Positions 57,517 through 64,000 of a DNA stretch of 64,000 bases are shown here, one piece after another (the stretch's first letter is position 1; each line of letters starts with the position of its first letter). This DNA comes from Octopus vulgaris (lineage: Eukaryota). The stretch is taken from NCBI GenBank assembly GCA_951406725.2, contig OX597816.1, positions 44,206,001 through 44,270,000 on the forward strand. The letters run 5' to 3'. The notes beneath the pieces were generated by a model that was not told where the DNA came from, searched no databases, and saw only the letters and a program-made list of their open reading frames with translations. The translations under genes and the position numbers were made by a program.

Positions 57517-57747
57517 TATTTCTTTATTACCCACAAGGGGCTGAACATAGAGGGGACAAACATGGACAGACATAGGTATTAAGTCGATTATATCGACCCC
57601 AGTGCTTAACTGGTACTTAATTTATCGACCCCGAAAGGATGAAAGGCAAAGTCGACCTCGGCGGAATTTGAACTCACAACGTAACGGCAGACGAAATACC
57701 GCTAAGCATTTCGCCCGACGTGCTAACGATTCTGCTAGCTCGCCGCC
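57517..57747 (-). mobile_element. Young SINE-A with 15-16-bp TSD
   Basis: TSD (c)ttctacttgacaacc at 57501-57516 and 57747-57762. Confidence 0.95.
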
Positions 57748-57830
57748 TTCTACTTGACAACCGGTGCTGATGTGTTTACGTCCCCATAATTAAGAAAAGA
57801 GGCCGATAGAATAACTACAAGGCTTTAAAA

Positions 57831-58168
57831 CAGGCCTGGCCAACTCGAATTATATTGCGGGCCACTTTAATCACAGAAAGTTTTTTCAGGGCCGCTTGGG
57901 CACTGACTGAATTGAAAGCATTTTGCTTTCTCATGATATTATTACAATAATGAATGAATGATCTTTGATTCAGCATGAAATATTATCATTGCAAAAATAG
58001 TAATATCTTTCTTTTTTAATGTTCATTACAATCTTTAATTTTTGATTAGATTTTTAAAATGTTAATTTAAATAAGCCCATTTGAAGAAAGTATAAAGTAT
58101 CGAGCGGGTCAACAGGTAAAAGTCTGCAGCCCTCATGCGGCCCGTGGACCACAGGTTCGCCAGCCCTG
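57831..58168. mobile_element. hAT MITE
   Basis: TIRs caggcctggccaac / gttcgccagccctg; 8-bp TSD ctttaaaa / ctttaaga. Confidence 0.8.
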
Positions 58169-58509
58169 CTTTAAGAAATATGTACTAAGATCGATGCATT
58201 CGACTCAAAAATTTGTCCAGGCAGGGCACCAGCATGGCCGCAGTCTAATGACTGAAACAAGTAGAAGTTAAAAGTTTAAAGGGATATCCGCAATAGTAAG
58301 TAACAGTGTATTTCTCAACCGAGTCTACTTCTCTCAAGTTAATTTCTATGCAAACGTACACACCCGTATATATAATTATTTGCTTGTAGTAATGTAGCAC
58401 GTAGGTGTAATTGTATTATTATGCACTAAAGCTGTGCGTTGAGATAGTGAGTCTTGAGATTCTGTTTTATTAACTATCCTCAGAGATAGTGCCCATCATT
58501 GATTACATA

Positions 58510-58541
58510 TGTGTGTGTGTGCCTATGTATACGTGAAATGA

Positions 58542-58581
<40 letters not shown>

Positions 58582-58676
58582 TGTATGTATTATGCATGCT
58601 TTTATGTATGTACACACACACCTATATATATATGTGAGTTTGTGTGTGTGTGTGTGCCTATGTATACGTGAAATGG

Positions 58677-58713
<37 letters not shown>

Positions 58714-58804
58714 ATATGTATGTATGTATTACGCATGCATTTATGTATGTACACACACCTATATATATATATGAGTTTGTGTGTGTGCCTATGTGTACGT
58801 GAAA

Positions 58805-58847
<43 letters not shown>

Positions 58848-58983
58848 CTTCCTGAAGATTTCTCTTGAATGAAACAGTTCTAGTCCTGTAGAAGCTCCTT
58901 CTATATAATAAATTAATTTTACTCTGCTATGTATTGAGTACCTTATTTACTGTGGTTAACCCCGAATCAACCCGGGACCTACA

Positions 58984-59014
<31 letters not shown>

Positions 59015-59100
59015 GTATTTGTATATGTAGCTGTATATATGTATGCAGATATGTATTATGCATGCATTTATGTATGTATGTACACACACACACACACACA
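58510..59100. repeat. ~135-bp microsatellite-rich tandem repeat, third unit interrupted
   Basis: gtgcctatgt(a/g)tacgtgaaatg occurs three times; the third unit is split by the insert at 58846-58982. Confidence 0.75.
58847..58895 (+). ncRNA. Type I hammerhead ribozyme in a PLE pLTR-like insert (58846-58982)
   Basis: GCUUC-CUGAAGA-U-UUC(UCUU)GAA-U-GAAACAG(UUCUAGUC)CUGU-A-GAAGC: 5-bp stem I, 4-bp stem III, GUA cleavage triplet; AATAAA downstream. Confidence 0.7.
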
Positions 59101-59149
59101 CACATATTCATATGGTGGTTAAAAATTAAACCGTTCCTTTCGCATTAGC

Positions 59150-59500
59150 AACATCTCATTCAGGAGATAAAATTTAATTTTCTTCGATCCCACTTTAACT
59201 GAATTTTACTCGCTGCGGTTTCTCTTTATCGAAGGAGACGTAATGAAAATTGAGGTTCTTCACGATTCAATCATTATTGGAATACCGAACGTATTGGTTA
59301 TACTTAACTGCGGAAATCACCCCGAAGGTATTTATTCTCCATTCCTTATAACATTTGTAAGAATATTTTATCATTTTCCTCATGTTAAATGTGGTCTCTG
59401 TATAATAATCCCCACGAATTACATCATAAATACATTCAGTGCTGGTTATAATGTCTTCTGGCGAAATTCTTATAAGACTGGACATCATAAAATCTTAATT
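59150..59500 (-). mobile_element. Possible Penelope RT remnant
   Basis: YDVQSY.., NDKIFLQM..GM, YVRYSND and VKFS appear in RT motif order; heavily decayed. Confidence 0.35.
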
Positions 59501-59934
59501 ACTTCAAGTTGTATTATCATTAATTCTGCATAGTTCTCAAATGTTTCAAACTCGTTGTATTCTGCTAATCATTCAAACTCAAACAGAAAGAGTTCAAACA
59601 TTTCTTAACAAAATACCTTTCTCCTTATGTTAACACACAAGTATTTCATAAGTATTCACTCGACATAATATTAGTAATTTCTTACTAAATTTCCCCAAAA
59701 CATTTCAATGAATATTCGGTAAAACACTGAATGAGACGTACATTTGCCATTTAAATATGGCTAACCCTTAAGGGCGGATGCTACTGTAGTTTGTAGCCTC
59801 AGGACGACACTTCCTCCAGCTGGCTATAGACACACTTTCTGTGCCCTATCAGTAAATAACAATTCCAAGCCAATAGGAAAAAAGTTCAATTTAGCACACT
59901 AAATAAAGAAAATCACAATATATTATGGATGGAA

Positions 59935-60210
59935 GCACTCCGTCGGTTGCGACGATGAGGGTTCCGGTTGATCCGATCAACGGAACAGCCTGCTCGTGAA
60001 ATTAACGTGTAAGTGGCTGAGCACTCCACAGACACGTGTACCCTTAACGTAGTTCTCGGGGATATTCAGCGTGACACAGAGAGTGACAAGGCCGGCCCTT
60101 TGAAATACAGGTACAACTGAAACAGGAAGTAAGAGTGCGAGAAAGTTGTGGTGAAAGAGTACAGCAGGGACCACCACCATCCCTACCGGAGACTCGTGGA
60201 GCTTTAGGTG
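59935..60210 (-). mobile_element. SINE-D, 5'-truncated
   Basis: Homologous to 34407-34660. Confidence 0.8.
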
Positions 60211-61606
60211 ACTGTCCTTTCACTCGTATCGTTTTATATGTTCACAAAACTGCATTAAGAGTTACGTGTTCGTTGTGTGGCCGGGGATGTTTTCGGCTTG
60301 GCTGAAATAGCATTTACTGAACAACAGTAGAGTATTTAAAGGTAAAAGATAAAGTTGCTTTCTCGAGTTATGCCGATTTATAAGGACCAGTTTCCCTGCT
60401 TCTATGGCGTATAAATTCCCCACCTGGACGGGATGCCAGTCTGTCGCAGAGTTACTCATTTTTGCCAGCTAAGTGGACTGGAGAAACGTGAAATGAAATG
60501 TTGTGGTCAAGAACATAACGTGCTACGCAGTCCAGGAATCGAAATAACAAACTTACGATCATGAGTCAGCACCTTAACCACTAAGCCACGCGCCTCCACA
60601 ATTCAAAATTCTGGCACAAGGCCAGCAATTTAGTGGAAGGAGTTAAATTGATTACGACTCCAGTGCTCGACTGGTACTTATTTTATGGCTATCAAAAGGA
60701 TGAAAGACAAAGTCAACATGCGTGGAATTTGAACTCAGAACATAAAGACGCTCGAAATGCCGCTAAGCATTTTGCCCCAAGTGCTAACGATTTTTCCAGC
60801 TCCCTGCCTTACAGGGCATTTACTATTACTATGTTAAACATCAACGAGCTCTGGGGACTCTTCAATGTGAGATGAAACTAAATTGTTAGAATTTACTGCA
60901 AGCTGCTGACGCCTTAGTGATAATATTCCAGGGCGTTATTTTCAACCTATTAGAAAGAACATCATGTCTCCATCAAGCGAAATTTCACCGTTAACAAAAT
61001 TCTGAAAATAAACAGACATAGAGGGGAATATACTCTTGAAAAATCTTTGACCATATCGTCTGCTCAGCAGCAACAATAAAAACAACATGCAATAGCATTT
61101 CCGGCATTTAGTAAGCTTACAAATTTCTACATTTCGTATCTAACGGATCCATTAACTGTTTAAAAGTTTATTGTATGAAACGCAAAAACGAAATAAAGCA
61201 TCGAAACGATATATGTCAACACAATGTCTCTAAATATCGATTACCATAACGAGATACAATGTGGCAATAAACCTTTTATACTATTTTATCACACACAAAA
61301 ACAAAAATAATAAAATAAATGTCACCATAACCTCGAAACACAGTTCACACGTACTTTTATTTTGATAACCATCGAAAGTAAAGCCGACAAAACGAATTCG
61401 TTCAATGAATGTAAAATCATAAAAGTAATTAAGTGTAAATTACACGTTGCGCTGTTAAGCACTAGAAAATGATAAGTTTCAGAGGAAGTGCTGATATATA
61501 ATTATTTACATATACAGACATATGTACCGAGTATACATACACACGGATACGTATACAAGTATACACACACGGGCGAGTGCGGAGGCGAAAGCACTTATAT
61601 AAGTAT

Positions 61607-61993
61607 TTTTCACTCTATTACATGTTTCAGTAATTTGACTTCGGCCATGCTGGAGCACCGCCTTTAGTCGAGCAAATCGACCCCGGAACTTATTCTTTGT
61701 AAGCCCAGTACTTATTCTATCGGTCTCTTTTGCCGAACCGCTAAGTGACGGGGACGTAAACACACCAGCATCGGTTGTCAAGCAATGCTAGGGGTACAAA
61801 CACAGACACACAAACACATACACATACATACACATATATATACATATGTATACGACAAGCTTCTTTCAGTTTCCGTCTACCAAATCCACTCACAAGGCAT
61901 TGGTCGGCCCGGGGCTATAGCAGAAGACACTTGCCGAAGGTGCCACGCAGTGCGACTGAACCCCGAACCACGTGGTTGGTTAGCAAGCTACTT
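61607..61993 (-). mobile_element. SINE-B truncated at its A-box by the LINE
   Basis: Homology stops at aagtagc; about 20 nt of the 5' head are missing. Confidence 0.9.
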
Positions 61994-64000
61994 TATTTCA
62001 TAAAATTTGCCATTTAGGCATTTACAAAGAGGGGACAAACAAGGACAGACAAATATAAAGGGTGAAGTAGCTTAACACAGTTACAATTTTCGAATGAAAT
62101 TACGGATAAGATTATAAACAATGAATTTTACGAAGGCAATGTTTAAAAATATTAATGATCATGTCGAAGGACGGACACCCAGTCATCCGGGTAGAACCTT
62201 TACTTTCTGATCCGGTCACACTTACCTGGTGCCAAACATACCCATCTTGTATGCCACAGGCTTCCATCTTTTCACAAACATATCTCGTGACAGACACCTC
62301 TTCTCCAGCCTGATTTTGCTACTGAGGTGGTAACTAAAAAAGTTAATCAACCCCTGGCCGGAGACAAAGGTGCCTGTCACTATACCTTTCGTACGCGTCT
62401 TCCATACTGTTTCTTTCAGTATGGCTACTACACAGAAAAAACAAGCCTTTCTTTCCCTGTTAAGGAAAGGGGGCGGCACAATCTCGATGATAGACTCAGC
62501 TGATAGCTGTACTCTTCCCATCACTGATAACAGTTGTTCAACAAAAGCTATCAGTCCCGATAACTCCGGACACTCCACGAATGCGTGCAAGACGGTCTCC
62601 CTATCCTGCTCACATCGCGGGCATGTCGGCGAGACGGCACTACCGTGCCTTGACAGCTTGTCGCGAACAGGTAAAGCCGCACGGAAACACTGCCAGGCCA
62701 GGGATTTCTGGTAATTATCCAGATACCCCGGCCCGAACGTCCTCCGGAACAGGTTGACCAACTGATTTTCATCGTAGCCCAGGGTCTCCCCCAAGGCTTC
62801 TTCGGACTTAATCTCCACTAACCCGCTATAGAAATCCGTGGTGGAACTCCTGTTGCCGGCGTTGCCCACCCGAGATAGTAGCTGGAGCGCCTGACGGCAC
62901 TCCAAATGCCATTCACTCAGTTTAGGTCTCCGCTTGATCCATGCACCGATGTCCGTTAGGGATGTTAACTGGGGAAGGTAGAACCGGACGTGCGGTGACC
63001 ACACCTGCTCTCCATCCAGGTAAAGCCAGAGGTGCCTCAACCTTAACGCGAGTTTTCGCATCCTCAGCCAAGGTATCCCTAGTCCACCCTTTAGCGGTTT
63101 CTGGCAGCAGACAGAGCGCTTTACAAGTGGCTTTCCTCCTTTCCACAAAAATCGGAAAAGGATTCTCTCCAACTTGTTCAGCCATAAATCGGGGCAAGGC
63201 ACCACGGTCAGACGGTAGGTGATTACTGATGCTATAAACATCTGCACCACCTCTGTCTTCCCTAGCAGGGATAACGCCCGCCCAGACCAGGTCTGGGTTA
63301 GAGCGGTCACCTTGTTGGCCACCTCACTCCAATTTTTCTCAATCTGGAGGTCTGGCCCGAACCAGACTCCGAGCAGCTTAACAGGACCTTCCGTCCAACG
63401 CCCTACGACGTTATTGGACGGCATCGGCTTGCCCCTCCAGGTGCCGAGTTACAAACCGACCGACTTGTCCTTGTTAACCTATGCTCCTGCCACCGCCTCG
63501 TAGCTTTTGATGGCCTCTTCCACCACTGGAAGCTGGCCTTCGTCTGCCACGATGATGGAGGTGTCATCCGCATACGCCGTAGCTCCTCTTCCACACCATA
63601 GATCATGCGGCGCGCCCCCTAGTGCCTCCAACTTCCGCAGCAAAGGCTCAAGAGCCAATACGTATAGGAGCGAGGACAGGGGACACCCTTGACGAACTGA
63701 ACGCTCGATCCTGAACGGCTTAGAAAAGGAACCGTTCACCTTGACTACAAACTCGATGTCGCTATACAAAGCAGCGATCCAGCCTCGAAAGGTCGGGCCT
63801 AGGCCAGCCTCTCCGAGGACCGCCGCCAGGTACCGATGGTCGACCCTATCAAATGCTTTGGACTGGTCTAAATGTACCAATGCTCCCCCTGCGCCAGAAA
63901 GCTTCCCCACCCTCTCTAAGGAGTAGCGTATAAGGTGGAGATTGTCGTGGATCGTTCTGCCGGGGATAGCGCACGTTTGCGCATCCCCGACAAGTTTGTC
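61994..64000 (-). mobile_element. Tx1/L1-clade LINE, 3' portion (extends beyond window)
   Basis: RT, C-terminal CCHC finger and a ~230-bp 3' UTR; GC-rich relative to flanks. Confidence 0.92.
62222..64000 (-). pseudogene. LINE ORF2 (reverse transcriptase plus zf-RVT-type finger), two in-frame stops
   Basis: QTCAIPGR, LDQSKAFDRVDH, QGCPLS, YADD, GGLG, CPRCEQDRETVLHAFVECP in one frame; stops at 63479-63481 and 63449-63451, no frameshift. Confidence 0.9.

Larger units (their letters stand above)
57374..58275 (+). mobile_element. Old SINE-B hosting two nested insertions
   Basis: SINE-B segments at 57374-57516, 57748-57830 and 58169-58275. Confidence 0.75.

Noticed and set aside
62370-63926. Plus-strand and alternate-frame ORFs over the LINE
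   Set aside because: Shadow ORFs of the GC-rich ORF2.

Overview
AT-rich animal genomic DNA, almost entirely repeat-derived. The tRNA-headed SINE families and the very high density of (TA)n/(CA)n/(GATA)n/triplet microsatellites resemble an octopus (cephalopod) genome; this is recalled resemblance, not a database result. Most ORF-track entries are microsatellite artefacts, and no conserved host gene is recognisable. There is only a weak two-exon orphan model (44.7 kb + 54.8 kb) and a poly-Ser/Pro/His ORF. The window holds four SINE families (called A-D here), a full-length inactivated mariner with perfect 30-bp TIRs (41401-42681), and the 3' 2 kb of a young Tx1/L1-clade LINE running off the right edge. 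It also holds remnants of Dong/R4, RTE/BovB, CR1-like and Penelope retroelements, Tigger, Tc1 and DD41D remnants, hAT MITEs and a non-autonomous Helitron. Three signals stand out. (1) The youngest SINE-A copies share a 26-nt motif, a small 3' stem-loop and the terminal GAAATA with the 3' end of the Tx1-like LINE, suggesting a stringent SINE-Tx1 partnership. (2) That LINE sits inside the tRNA head of a SINE. (3) Several Penelope pLTR-like fragments carry canonical, minimal or core-variant hammerhead ribozymes, two of them as a 118-bp inverted repeat. Boundaries of old remnants are approximate.
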